Positions 34,101 to 40,909 of a stretch of DNA of 56,540 nucleotides are shown here, one piece after another. Location: positions 62,001 to 118,540 of the forward strand of contig CAUYUJ010000087.1 of assembly GCA_963575745.1 (NCBI GenBank). The letters run 5' to 3'. Numbering within the stretch: the stretch's first letter is position 1; every line of letters starts with the position of its first letter. The position numbers and the translations under genes are program-made. The notes beneath the pieces were generated by a model. It saw nothing but the letters and a program-made list of their open reading frames with translations, was not told where the DNA came from and searched no databases. The DNA comes from Prorocentrum cordatum (Eukaryota).

Positions 34101-37100
34101 GGCTTTACTTACGGACTTACCACAACGAGCTGGCCGACTTCATTACTCGTGCCACGGTGGAGGAGGTACGCCAGCGGATGGCGGAGGCCGGATGGACCGA
34201 GCTGTCGCCGGCAGCTCCGTGGGGCGAACTGGTGGAGGAGGCCGCCCAGCGCGAGCTGCGGATGCCAGGAGACGACGGGCCCTGGCGCGCGGCTGCACTC
34301 CAAGTCAAAGGAGCCCGGGAGGCCCTACCACGCTACGCCCCTCTGCAGGTCGAGGGGGCGCGGCTGCTGGAGGTGGGAACCGCGTGGCCCCCCTTTGGGG
34401 AGGCATGGGAGAGCCTCGGTGGGTCGGCGCTGCTAGCGCCGTGGGATGTCGGTGACCGATGGGACCCGGACGACGGGGACCACCCCGAGGACCCCGCTGG
34501 GGCCCCGCGGACCCGCTGGCTGTGCGTGTCACTATCGGAGGACCCCGGTGGACGCGAAGCGACGGGCCTGGAGCGGCTACTGATCACCACTCGGCCACTG
34601 GCCGTGCTGCTCGACGCCCCCGTCAACTACGCTGCAGTGCGACTAGGGGCGCGCTTACGGCGCCTTGGCTATGTGGCACTCTCCCCAGAGACGCGCCTAC
34701 TGTGCACGCACTTCGGCGACGTCACGGCACGCGCGCGGGCGGTCCAGGTTTGGGGTTGCGGGGAACGGGTTCGGGCATCGGGCCCCGTACCCCCCCTGGG
34801 ACAGCCCTGCGTGGAGCCACGCGGCCTCTGCCAGCTCTGGAAGGAGGCAGGGCGGCCACCGCTGGATGAGCTCCGCCTGGACCTCGACAACGGCACCTTG
34901 CTCGTGGACCCTCGGATCTCGACGACGGGGGATCGCATGATGCCTTGGCCGCGGGGCACATGGCAGCCCGCGGGAGGCGGGCGGGCCCAGCGCGTGGTGA
35001 TTCATGATCCGCGCGGGCCCTGCCATACGGCACGGGCGAAGCCCGACCCGTTGAAGGGCTATGCGAACACCCTGATCCTGGAAGGGTCCGAGGGCGGCTG
35101 GACCGTGCGAGCCCTGCACCCGAAAGAAATCTGGTGCGCCCAGGGGGGCACGGCGGAGCTGTGGGATGCCTTGGGCCTTGGAGGTATGCCGATCGCCGAG
35201 CGCATGCGGCAGGCCGCTCGTGCACTCCCGCGTCGCACGGCCCGCTGGGTGCTCCAGTGGGCGGAGCGCCTGCTGAGGCAGGCCGTAGAGGCAGCGAGCG
35301 CAAGCGAGGCACCCGGGGCGCGCGCGGGCGTCGGGCCCGATCACGACCGACTCGCTAATGACGAGATGGTTAAGCTGTGGCTAAAGGCCTGGCTTCAGGC
35401 CCCCGATCGCCCAAGCGGGCCATTCGAGGCTGCGCTGGAGGCGGGGAAGACGACGGACGACGCCGCTCGGTTGGCGGACCAGCTCGACCCCCCTGCTACC
35501 GCGCGGTCCACCGCAGCAGGGGTGGACGGGGCAGGCGGGGAGCGGGTCGGGGCGGTGACCTTCGCTGTTCCGGAAGGCGCGGGCATGCCCAGGCCAAGCG
35601 CCATGGACGGCGTGGGCGGCGCGGCCCCACCCCCGCGCAAGGCCCGTCGGCGTACCCGCAGCGCCCCTGCTCCCGCGCTGGTGAAGCCCGCCGCCTGGCG
35701 GTACGCCGGCGGGGGCGCCCCGAAAGGGATTCAAGGTGAACTCACCGACTCCCGCGAGCTGGATGCGACCGCCACCGAGGCGATGTTGGCCAAGCTTGCC
35801 GAAGGGACGCGGGCCAATTACAGCGCCGGGTGGCGTAACTGGGTACTCTGGCGGAGGCTCCGAGGCCGGAGCCCATACCTGCAGGGGGAGACTCGGGACG
35901 CCCGCCTTACGGATGAGGATGACCTCATCCGGTATGTCGTGTACCTGTACAAGGTGATGAAGAGGCGAGCCACGACCATCCGCCAGCGCCTGTTCGCCAT
36001 TCGATATGCCCACACCCTGGCCGGGTTTGGGGATGTGACCTCCGATCGGCGCCGGCTCTGGACCACGATCGAGGGACTCCGCCGCTGGGACGGAAAGGCG
36101 AAACGGAAGCTGCCGGCCACGCCCCGGATGTTGCGCTGGCTCCGAGAGTACTTGTTCGCCCACGGGACGGCCACGCGCCGGGAGGCGACCATCCTATGGG
36201 CGGCGCTTATGACGGGGTACTTTTTCATGCTCCGCGCGTCGGAGTATTTGGTCCAAGAGGACCGCTCCTGGAGTATGGGACGGGTGGTGCGTGGGCAGGA
36301 CGTACAGGGGATGCGCGGAGGTACACCCAGCGCAAGGCTCAGCGACTGCGATGAGGTAGTACTGACGATCACGTCGTCCAAGACGGACCAGTTTAACGCA
36401 GGTTGCGTACGCAACCATTACCGTTCGGGGGTGGAGTTGTGTGTCGTGGACGCACTCGCCGACCTCCAGAGGGAGCTGCCGGACCGGTTTGGACGAGGAA
36501 CCGAGGCGGGGCTCCCCCTGTTCCGCCGGCCCGATGGCCACCCGATTATGCGGGAGGAGGTGCAGGGGCTCCTCCAACTCGCGGCTGCCGCCTGCGGCGT
36601 GGACGCAGGCCAGATGGGATCCCACTCCCTGCGCATCGGGGGCGCGACGGCGTTGTACCACGCCTGTCGCGACCTGGAAGCGGTCAAGAGGTTCGGGAGG
36701 TGGTCCACGGACGCCTTCCACGGATACCTCTGGGAGGACCATCGGCGTCAGGCTCCATTCGCCCGAGGCATGGCGGAGGGCCACGCCTTATTGGCCCCGG
36801 ACGCCCGCGGTGACGACGGCGCCGTGACCGGCGCCCGCCCCGACCAGTTGGCCGGGAGCGACCCGCCCCAGTTTGGGAGCGATCTGAGGCCCTCGGAACG
36901 CCCGGCCTGGGCGCCCGGGCGCCCCCCCTGGGCGCGCCCTTCGGCGCGAGCAGGGTCAACTACGGAGGAGGAAGGAGAGGAGGAATTGGTGAGATACGAG
37001 CCAGGGCGAGGAGTTAATGGGCGTGTGGGAAAGCAGCAGGCGGGTCCCACGGGTATTCAGGTCAGGGCGGGGGCTTCGCGTTGTGGGGGTATCCCGGTGG

Positions 37101-39478
37101 ACCTCTCGCCCTCGACCCCCCTTTCGCTACCGCTCCCGATCGCCCCAGGCACGCCCACCTCCTCTTGGTCCTCTCATCCGCAGCCATCTCCCACTCCAGA
37201 GCGAGGCGCGCGAGCAGCGCGCGCACCCCAGCCCCGCGCGCCAGCCGCGCCGTCGCCCCGCGCTCCGGCAGCGTGCATCATGGGATTCCTGGTGGGCCTG
37301 GTGGCCCCGGACCAGAGCAAGGCGCGTGGCCATGACTACAGCATCATGGCGGTGAACCCCCTCGGCGTCGTCGTCTCGGGGGCCGCGCTGTCGGACGAGC
37401 TCCGGAGTGCCGCCCACAACATCCTGTACACGGTGGTGAACGAGCTGGACAGCGAGGACCTCGTCGAGGTGGTCAACCACGACCACGAAGCAGCCCCGTG
37501 CATCGCGGCGGCTTGCTTGGCCGCGGGGGCGAGCGAGGACCACGGCCAGCTGGTGATCGTCGACGGCAAGCGGGGTGCGTGGGGGGTGGGCGCGGGGCCG
37601 AATATCAAGGTCCAGCGCCAGGCGGCCAAGCTGGCGCTCGCCTTGGCCCAGTTCCAGGGGCAGCCCATGCCGGAGCTCCGCGAGCTCTGCAAGCACAACA
37701 AGGGGCTGCTCGACATGATGCGCACAGTGGACGCGGAGGCGGTCGTGGAGCTCACCGACGACGACGCCTCGAGCAGGGGCGAGGGGAAGTCGACCCCAGC
37801 CCCGGTCCTCGAGGCGGGAGAGGACGCGGTCACCGCGGCGCTGGCGCGTGCGGCCATCCAGGCTGCCGCGCGGCGCCAGAGCAAAGGCGCTCCAAAGGCG
37901 CGCCCGCGGCCCGCGCGGTCGCCGGGCCAGGAGCGCCTCGCCGAAGAGGTCCGCAAGCGCGAGAGGCGCCCTGCGCCCTTGCGCTCGCCCTCGCGCGCGA
38001 GGCGCCGCGATCGCGAGCGCGATGCGCCTCGCGATCGCGGGCGCAGGGGACAGGAGGAGGAGGCCGTCTTGAAACCCAAGACGGGCGGCGCCCCCCCGAA
38101 GGCCGACATCGTGAAGCGTGAGGCCGTCCTGAAGCCCAAGAGCGGGGGGGCGCCGCCGCGGTCCTTCGAGGTGAAGACCGAGGTGGAGGAGGCGGCGGCG
38201 CCAGGCGCGGGGGACGGTCCGCCCCAGCGCCAGCCGCGCTCGAGGAGCCGCCGTAGGCGCAAGGAGGAGCAGCGCCAGGGCGCCCAGCAGCAGCCCAGTG
38301 ACCAGCACGACGAGGGCGAGTCCATCATCCGCATCGAGCGGGTACCGCACCACGTCGATGCCGAGGTGGTCAGGCAGGTGGTCGTGCCCTTCGGGGTCGT
38401 CAAACACATCGCCTTCCTGTACGACCACCGCCACAAGCGGGAGCCGTGCGTGCTGGTGGAGTTCCAGCGCCGCGCTGACGCAAAGCGCGCGCGGGAGTGC
38501 ATGAGGTCGAACTATCGGTTCTACAAGACGGACCCGTGCACGGTGGTCACGGAGTGGGCGAGCCGGCCTCGCGGCCCTGACCCAGGCAGCGACGGGGAGG
38601 ATGGCCCGACCATCCAGCCGCCTGCCTGCCCGACATGCGCACTCAAGATGCGCTGGAGCTCCTTTGACCCGGGAGACGGTTGGGGTTGCGAGATGTGCCC
38701 CGCGGGCGGAGCTAACAGCGGAGCCCTGCGGTGGCACTGTAAGGGGTGCGACGTGAGCTACTGCGAGGCTTGCCGCGTCGCCTTCGGCAAACCCAAGACG
38801 GTGGTGGAGAAGGCCCGGCGGAGCGGCCACACCGTGCGGGAGGCGCCGGGCCCCAGTGTCGGCCATGGCGAGCGCCCCAGCACGGGTGCCACGGGTGCGG
38901 GGGCTGAGGGGGACCGCCCGCCGGGCGACCTCAGCTGGCCCAAGCGTGAGAGGTCGCCCAGCCGCCACCGGCCCAAGCGCGAGAGGTCGCCCAGCCACAG
39001 TCTGGCGCGGGACCCAGCGTGGGCGCGGCGCGGCGACACCCCGCCCGGCCGCACGCGGCGTAAGACCGGGAAGCACGCTGGGCAGCTTCGCGCTCCTCGC
39101 GGCGGCTGGTACGAGCAGGAGAAAAAGCGGCGGCGTGCTGCCGCCGCGGAGGCTGCCGCGGGCGGGGGTGGGATCCCAGCCTGGCGTGGCAAGGGCGCGG
39201 GCGACAAGGGCGGCAAGGGCGGCAAGGTCAAGGGCAAGTACTCCGGCAAGGCCGCCAAGGGCTCCAAGAGCGGCGGCAAGGGCGACAAGAGCGGCAAGGG
39301 CGGCCACTCCAAGGGCGACCAGGGCAGCCGCGGCCGGAGTGAGCGCGACTGGCCCAGCGCGGACGGTCGCGCGTCGAGGGGCGGCGATGGCGGCAGCCCC
39401 CGGGACCCCAGTGAGCGCGGCGGAGACCGCAGCGGAGACGAGAGCCGCGACCGCCGGGGGAACACGCCCTCCATCTAG
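25160..39478 (+). CDS. 4772-aa polyprotein: TM/Cys-His region, gag-like + CCCH, putative cysteine protease, C5-DNA methyltransferase, RT, RNase H, degenerate MTase, tyrosine recombinase, dsRBM-like/RRM/ZZ/RS tail
   Basis: Uninterrupted ORF. ICWGATTHMGCSRKACDCPNSH (29618-29680); EVYAGSG/GTPCG/LIES (31238-31970); KRDVSRAF, FGWTGAP, LMDD (32710-33365); GGDAT, VELL, TDNSN, NELADFITR (33750-34150); MLRASEY, SKTDQ, HSLRIGGAT, GRW, GY (36233-36727); RRM (38324-38560); ZZ-like Cys cluster (38626-38775). Confidence 0.92.
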   Translation: MAVGFLGAHLMILVTGGALTVQGALGWLPFGRGGHEVPAPTPPALPGPTAPPAGGGGRGKGRGPPAKPAPAGGKGRGPQAKPPGTPGVPPPPRSGSTTTTTTAGIGRVGEGEPTGSPATPAYGGNNEPTGAPGQPSAPGNRTGDGEPDLPRGPDGYWGWSGWVPHLPHWWAGRSEPPPPPPPPTPPPEAGPGPGWGFAAWVFEVVGYGAWVSSPDHPGTIRTSGGWFGSAVDRLGVKMLGYWWETAVLCFALGIFTFVLGALAFIVNTAAQPMLWAAGGLRWAWYQITRCCQRRGGDGPGAHLPPPPPTPLLVRWRGPGLGGVVETEFYTKGVRGRGTNRAYNHVLLRKHGQVARISCNFADRYRLDRHGLNIKIGQVLGCTSRKWRLNLEETGNVHLCRAVECASCPVAHPMHVDQYAAIDHTQIVDLAEHGRATACRAVGVGLRKVFGVVKWLLCSPWSVLGWLCRGRPEPRYITDATGYRRLDIDSESEVEAEERPCQAAQVGAQLAGGARPLQPEGCGDRGMQEATVLLQEDAEVSDVPRPGHCLNAQVHLCAHHAQKYRSTLIGRKCSLPTCLRMAKGSCGGAPMCGEHLRRDEGHTVRVEATVQPGILGGLRRRMRARAPSPARVRDWTAHAADGVGIAPEPVYPPPLPPPAAPPPPAVAPSVDVEPTGAQALTSGPQPRRTRSAEARASGRSRSADRGAPGDRIAHHGWLQEPLLVKVCPILPGDPRGAEEAYGAPPASPWFILLGECEGLDVRGTGGDARLIIGTSLEGVRVEVPASEVVRHPPPLEDGRYPIDWINRLLYEVPQGAREVGLRVIAHHIPQDLLAMLRQEQWDGVDVESASGWRRRYLTNTERQQLQHDPVRTLGHHRRGGAQGAPPAPGMEGLPRPAPVAALSRLAAAAAGVSEDAEEPDPLEMFMDSLRAEDLKGRGGQAAALSALGMAADLLGVPLDQAERQLRRRVAQVAAAGPLGSDLERALADLEDAQLEARARERAAAADKVPLQGSLSREGSRSRSARGRDPSPKQGPRRELFGAMPPIQPTGPRRGLLGDRDLLARDGRGGAARGANPLLDGASVLGHLTGQTPHGGGLGGERAGGPDDAGAAGALGGLTVEAEAQIIERLDRQNRLTERHVLAAERQARATEGDKKARGTRAGIGRDEELDLYIARGCNTFVVEACEGITGKDLFDSLKRMCAHSKSTLKTIGFPCLVTNRVAHGYAALAFGTGPHDLAVDDCVPARDEDFDGYRLPVDDKLEPRQRPATHMATWFKRARCEIQMFESIIGVAHGAERRRSLGFLEAAFERDPSEFPDHWVKDLWEELRSTWVEELRELRRRLCRELDTENPRREDIKYILLMPENGYDLPRTFDLGDPNAYYQQVVVPRRKAALTRLLNGQLNAHLTKRPPKAGGSEEMGDPRPTAQGDDRPKAGAGPQPKAGPKAGTGAPAGTAPKRAYPAGKELTRPERTRSVAHAPRNKDNVPICWGATTHMGCSRKACDCPNSHDPIKSTRGLDYSVVMQLTRRGGLLGTPRIDPKQVDGMIAQLRSQAKAAEAEKVGEDTSPPAPPDSQKEKGRGRGGGSRAAGDPGPGQAPDDYTALQLTAMESDLREAVKGPDFGWLEDHDHPRAAATWDAQPAGDGPELRLKLMQELEAEGIFAPLKGASEYLQSHVRGRVLGARLRGERLTLERALEEAVDRGHRGLSSEAADLHEALSCAAGYVTEGGAEVGPVAWDPGGLIGRGSYTFWDGDTRIQWDFIDYRDRLGPTEEMGQAMGLEVGDTEERQCLLLHVAAGVLLLRAGEGTGEPSPDAVQQLAATYRHALWEEAHEALRALGDSPPWITALEADVRSYVHDAVHPHHDKDYRCLAACPVADLDAVTLQVHRVNGSGRLCVDHLMGTGVGAEDHVIPLLIWRGHMRALRPRSHAEAAALGQRWGHAGRLSREIVSVGWREMLDEGPDVEPTVPGKSAPCTHCKAAEGRAGRAVGRAPASFGEHPADVQARLLEANAMPLRHDPAFAYGLIAQEVYAGSGNWSAALRAEGIRVLEPIEYYDDPLRESGPRPDHDTLDPAVRARLQEAARTPMGPDVANVWCWGTPCGSYTDLGLMTQPGGTPQGTRTWEHPEGDGSKEFERVGNSHTQFTCDTCRILHDAGKEFLIESSCPSGRYPKIWDQAPMHELRRATGAMIVPIHMCAWGKAPSDAPESRYRKGSWWLVSPRLYLHALLLARRCPRDHHHVELKDHVPGSGIKRTKEAQVWAPRLCAAWAKVLKGAYHRWSVSQLRRQLAPIWEDGPGASPKIARAEAPGRLQGVDFTGIERLQASGDGSKCGRLSPAMHRALAGLPKPPLGKAQGEVSAGKTRPPCEDPARDIAEDLDGCSPAELATVYLTFCTEHPEYDPEAMRTLVGLGDQLLQRTGSLKEAAALLRRARHERLGNPLRGVLGDKVRRCLSREHFEYVRELAEGGASARRGAPRRRERAQPYPSVRAHIDEAYQKVWADVTWGIVLVASQAAEGFLTELVEAPLGRVPKQLPDRTLSSEGRMIHAMLSANAATHKRDHPPAVQPRHRQVARTAVWHRARHPGARLLCAKRDVSRAFKWLDIAPADVGDFGTSLPGAHAGIEGDVRVVYLAMVFGWTGAPGNYMMLALAARELHESYRPGGPHWHDTTHFHSEWLMDDPVVVEPDIGVRPWMACDALDASIREVFGSEAVNVSKRDAEGEPSTTQIIWGLSMDFERERVGLPEPKAMKMRFLLAEPELSFGCRMVRLRTARELSGLGQFCACAAPALSLELPAVHRMLSGDPGQAYVHPPGDPEMVEAAWDDWHQTLDWLRVCFEMPVEGNFETSFEGLLGLREALALPGALGKLRWLGGDATLDRIGALDWSSREYIVAEAAPYLETLRSAPGVTWQGEGEIIAVVELLCLIALAAEKGPDWFQLLLPYVTDNSNVSRWLRRRRARNAVARHLLRVLAMLELRYKFRVLDGLYLRTYHNELADFITRATVEEVRQRMAEAGWTELSPAAPWGELVEEAAQRELRMPGDDGPWRAAALQVKGAREALPRYAPLQVEGARLLEVGTAWPPFGEAWESLGGSALLAPWDVGDRWDPDDGDHPEDPAGAPRTRWLCVSLSEDPGGREATGLERLLITTRPLAVLLDAPVNYAAVRLGARLRRLGYVALSPETRLLCTHFGDVTARARAVQVWGCGERVRASGPVPPLGQPCVEPRGLCQLWKEAGRPPLDELRLDLDNGTLLVDPRISTTGDRMMPWPRGTWQPAGGGRAQRVVIHDPRGPCHTARAKPDPLKGYANTLILEGSEGGWTVRALHPKEIWCAQGGTAELWDALGLGGMPIAERMRQAARALPRRTARWVLQWAERLLRQAVEAASASEAPGARAGVGPDHDRLANDEMVKLWLKAWLQAPDRPSGPFEAALEAGKTTDDAARLADQLDPPATARSTAAGVDGAGGERVGAVTFAVPEGAGMPRPSAMDGVGGAAPPPRKARRRTRSAPAPALVKPAAWRYAGGGAPKGIQGELTDSRELDATATEAMLAKLAEGTRANYSAGWRNWVLWRRLRGRSPYLQGETRDARLTDEDDLIRYVVYLYKVMKRRATTIRQRLFAIRYAHTLAGFGDVTSDRRRLWTTIEGLRRWDGKAKRKLPATPRMLRWLREYLFAHGTATRREATILWAALMTGYFFMLRASEYLVQEDRSWSMGRVVRGQDVQGMRGGTPSARLSDCDEVVLTITSSKTDQFNAGCVRNHYRSGVELCVVDALADLQRELPDRFGRGTEAGLPLFRRPDGHPIMREEVQGLLQLAAAACGVDAGQMGSHSLRIGGATALYHACRDLEAVKRFGRWSTDAFHGYLWEDHRRQAPFARGMAEGHALLAPDARGDDGAVTGARPDQLAGSDPPQFGSDLRPSERPAWAPGRPPWARPSARAGSTTEEEGEEELVRYEPGRGVNGRVGKQQAGPTGIQVRAGASRCGGIPVDLSPSTPLSLPLPIAPGTPTSSWSSHPQPSPTPERGARAARAPQPRAPAAPSPRAPAACIMGFLVGLVAPDQSKARGHDYSIMAVNPLGVVVSGAALSDELRSAAHNILYTVVNELDSEDLVEVVNHDHEAAPCIAAACLAAGASEDHGQLVIVDGKRGAWGVGAGPNIKVQRQAAKLALALAQFQGQPMPELRELCKHNKGLLDMMRTVDAEAVVELTDDDASSRGEGKSTPAPVLEAGEDAVTAALARAAIQAAARRQSKGAPKARPRPARSPGQERLAEEVRKRERRPAPLRSPSRARRRDRERDAPRDRGRRGQEEEAVLKPKTGGAPPKADIVKREAVLKPKSGGAPPRSFEVKTEVEEAAAPGAGDGPPQRQPRSRSRRRRKEEQRQGAQQQPSDQHDEGESIIRIERVPHHVDAEVVRQVVVPFGVVKHIAFLYDHRHKREPCVLVEFQRRADAKRARECMRSNYRFYKTDPCTVVTEWASRPRGPDPGSDGEDGPTIQPPACPTCALKMRWSSFDPGDGWGCEMCPAGGANSGALRWHCKGCDVSYCEACRVAFGKPKTVVEKARRSGHTVREAPGPSVGHGERPSTGATGAGAEGDRPPGDLSWPKRERSPSRHRPKRERSPSHSLARDPAWARRGDTPPGRTRRKTGKHAGQLRAPRGGWYEQEKKRRRAAAAEAAAGGGGIPAWRGKGAGDKGGKGGKVKGKYSGKAAKGSKSGGKGDKSGKGGHSKGDQGSRGRSERDWPSADGRASRGGDGGSPRDPSERGGDRSGDESRDRRGNTPSI

Positions 39479-39574
39479 GCGTGGAGCTCCCCCCCCGTAC
39501 CCCGACGCCAGCGCCCGCGGCATCGCGGGCGCGGGCTGAAGGCGGCGGCCTGTGAGTGAGTCGGCCCTCCTCTC

Positions 39575-39723
39575 AGCCTACCGTGCGCAGGTGGCGCCTG
39601 CGATCCTTGAGCCTACGGTACGCAGGTGGCGCCTGCGATCTTGTTTCTTTTAGCCTACGGTACGCAGGTGGCGCCTGCGATCTCTTTCTTTTAGCCTACG
39701 GTACGCAGGTGGCGCCTGCGATC
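39575..39723 (+). repeat. Four tandem 31-nt hairpin units in the YR element 3' UTR
   Basis: AGCCTACGGTACGCAGGTGGCGCCTGCGATC (first copy with 2 differences) at 39575, 39610, 39652 and 39693; internal inverted repeat CGCAGG..CCTGCG; 4-11-nt pyrimidine-rich linkers. Confidence 0.92.
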
Positions 39724-40036
39724 CTCCCTCTTGGAGGAGTTTAACGTTGCGCGCACGTCGCGTGCTTCCTGGACCCGGCCGTGCTGCGCGTCTTGCGCGC
39801 CGTGCGGTCGGGGCCACACTTGCGCTCTGCGCCCGGCGCCTCGTGCGCCGCCACCCTTTTCGGTTCTTTTGCGCGCATCGCGCACGCGCCGCGCCCGCGC
39901 TCTGGGTGCGCGGGCGCGGAAGGCCTCAAGGTTGCAGGCAAGTGGCCGCGCGCGCGAGGCTCTTGCAGCCTCTGATCCCGCCCTCGCACTCGGGCGGGGC
40001 GCCCCCGCGCGCGCGGCTGCGTCTTTCTTTTCTCAT

Positions 40037-40246
40037 GGCCGAGCGGCCGCAGGCGTGCCAGAGCGCGAGCGCGCGGGCCGTCAGGGCCCACGCGCTCGCG
40101 TTGAGCGTGGGGCCACCAGGGCCCACGCTCGGCGGAGATGCGCGTCGCCACGCTGCCATGAAAATACCATCGCCCTGTCCTGGTCCCTCTCTCGTCCCCT
40201 CCTCTCCTCCTCCTCCTCCGTTGAGTGCACGCGTATCTCACTTAAC
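40037..40246 (+). repeat. Split direct repeat B1 (210 bp)
   Basis: Appears identical to 40388-40597. Confidence 0.95.
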
Positions 40247-40351
40247 TTGTATAGTCTGATTGGTTGTAGACTGCAGGTTAAGTGGGAGGGGGTGTGGGCT
40301 CAGGTAGCCATTTTGGGTCCGTAGCGTTCGGCTCTGGCCGACGCGCGGGTG
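40247..40351 (+). repeat. Split direct repeat A2 (105 bp)
   Basis: Copy of 24982-25086 directly abutting B1. Confidence 0.95.
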
Positions 40352-40387
40352 CCCACCCACCCCGCTTTGCTCCCAGACGCCTGCGTC

Positions 40388-40597
40388 GGCCGAGCGGCCG
40401 CAGGCGTGCCAGAGCGCGAGCGCGCGGGCCGTCAGGGCCCACGCGCTCGCGTTGAGCGTGGGGCCACCAGGGCCCACGCTCGGCGGAGATGCGCGTCGCC
40501 ACGCTGCCATGAAAATACCATCGCCCTGTCCTGGTCCCTCTCTCGTCCCCTCCTCTCCTCCTCCTCCTCCGTTGAGTGCACGCGTATCTCACTTAAC
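40388..40597 (+). repeat. Split direct repeat B2 (210 bp), right end of element
   Basis: Copy of 40037-40246, ending CACTTAAC. Confidence 0.95.
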
Positions 40598-40909
40598 CAG
40601 TTGAATTGCACGTTGGAACTTGTACTGACATAGGTGTTTGAGCCGTAGCATGGATTACCGTTTTAGTATTGCTGGTGAGTTGTTCACTTGGAGTTAAAAG
40701 TAATGCTCGGTGTCGAGCCGCGTTCGAATATTCGTCAGATTGTTTAAACGCAAGTTATGGTTGTTTAAATTCGGGGGGGGTCTTGCGTGTTCATCTCGCA
40801 TTCGCCCCATAGTCAGATGATGTAACTAGTCGCAGTCGGCCCATCCTGCCAGAGTTGTGGGTCGGATGCTTCTTGGATGCATGTCAGGCTCTTTGGAGAT
40901 GACTCCCGG

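Larger units (their letters stand above)
24982..40597 (+). mobile_element. Tyrosine-recombinase retrotransposon with split direct repeats (Ngaro/PAT-like), apparently intact, 15.6 kb
   Basis: A1 (24982-25086) - ORF - B1 (40037-40246) - A2 (40247-40351) - 36-bp spacer - B2 (40388-40597). DIRS-type RT/RNase H and YR with a complete R-K-HxxR-W-Y catalytic set; no integrase. Confidence 0.93.

Noticed and set aside
37127..39523. 798-aa minus-strand ORF
   Set aside because: Antisense shadow of a strongly GC3-biased sense CDS; no motifs.
39575..39723. CRISPR array
   Set aside because: Palindromic 31-nt repeats, but linkers are only 4-11 nt and similar to each other; eukaryotic TE context, no cas genes.
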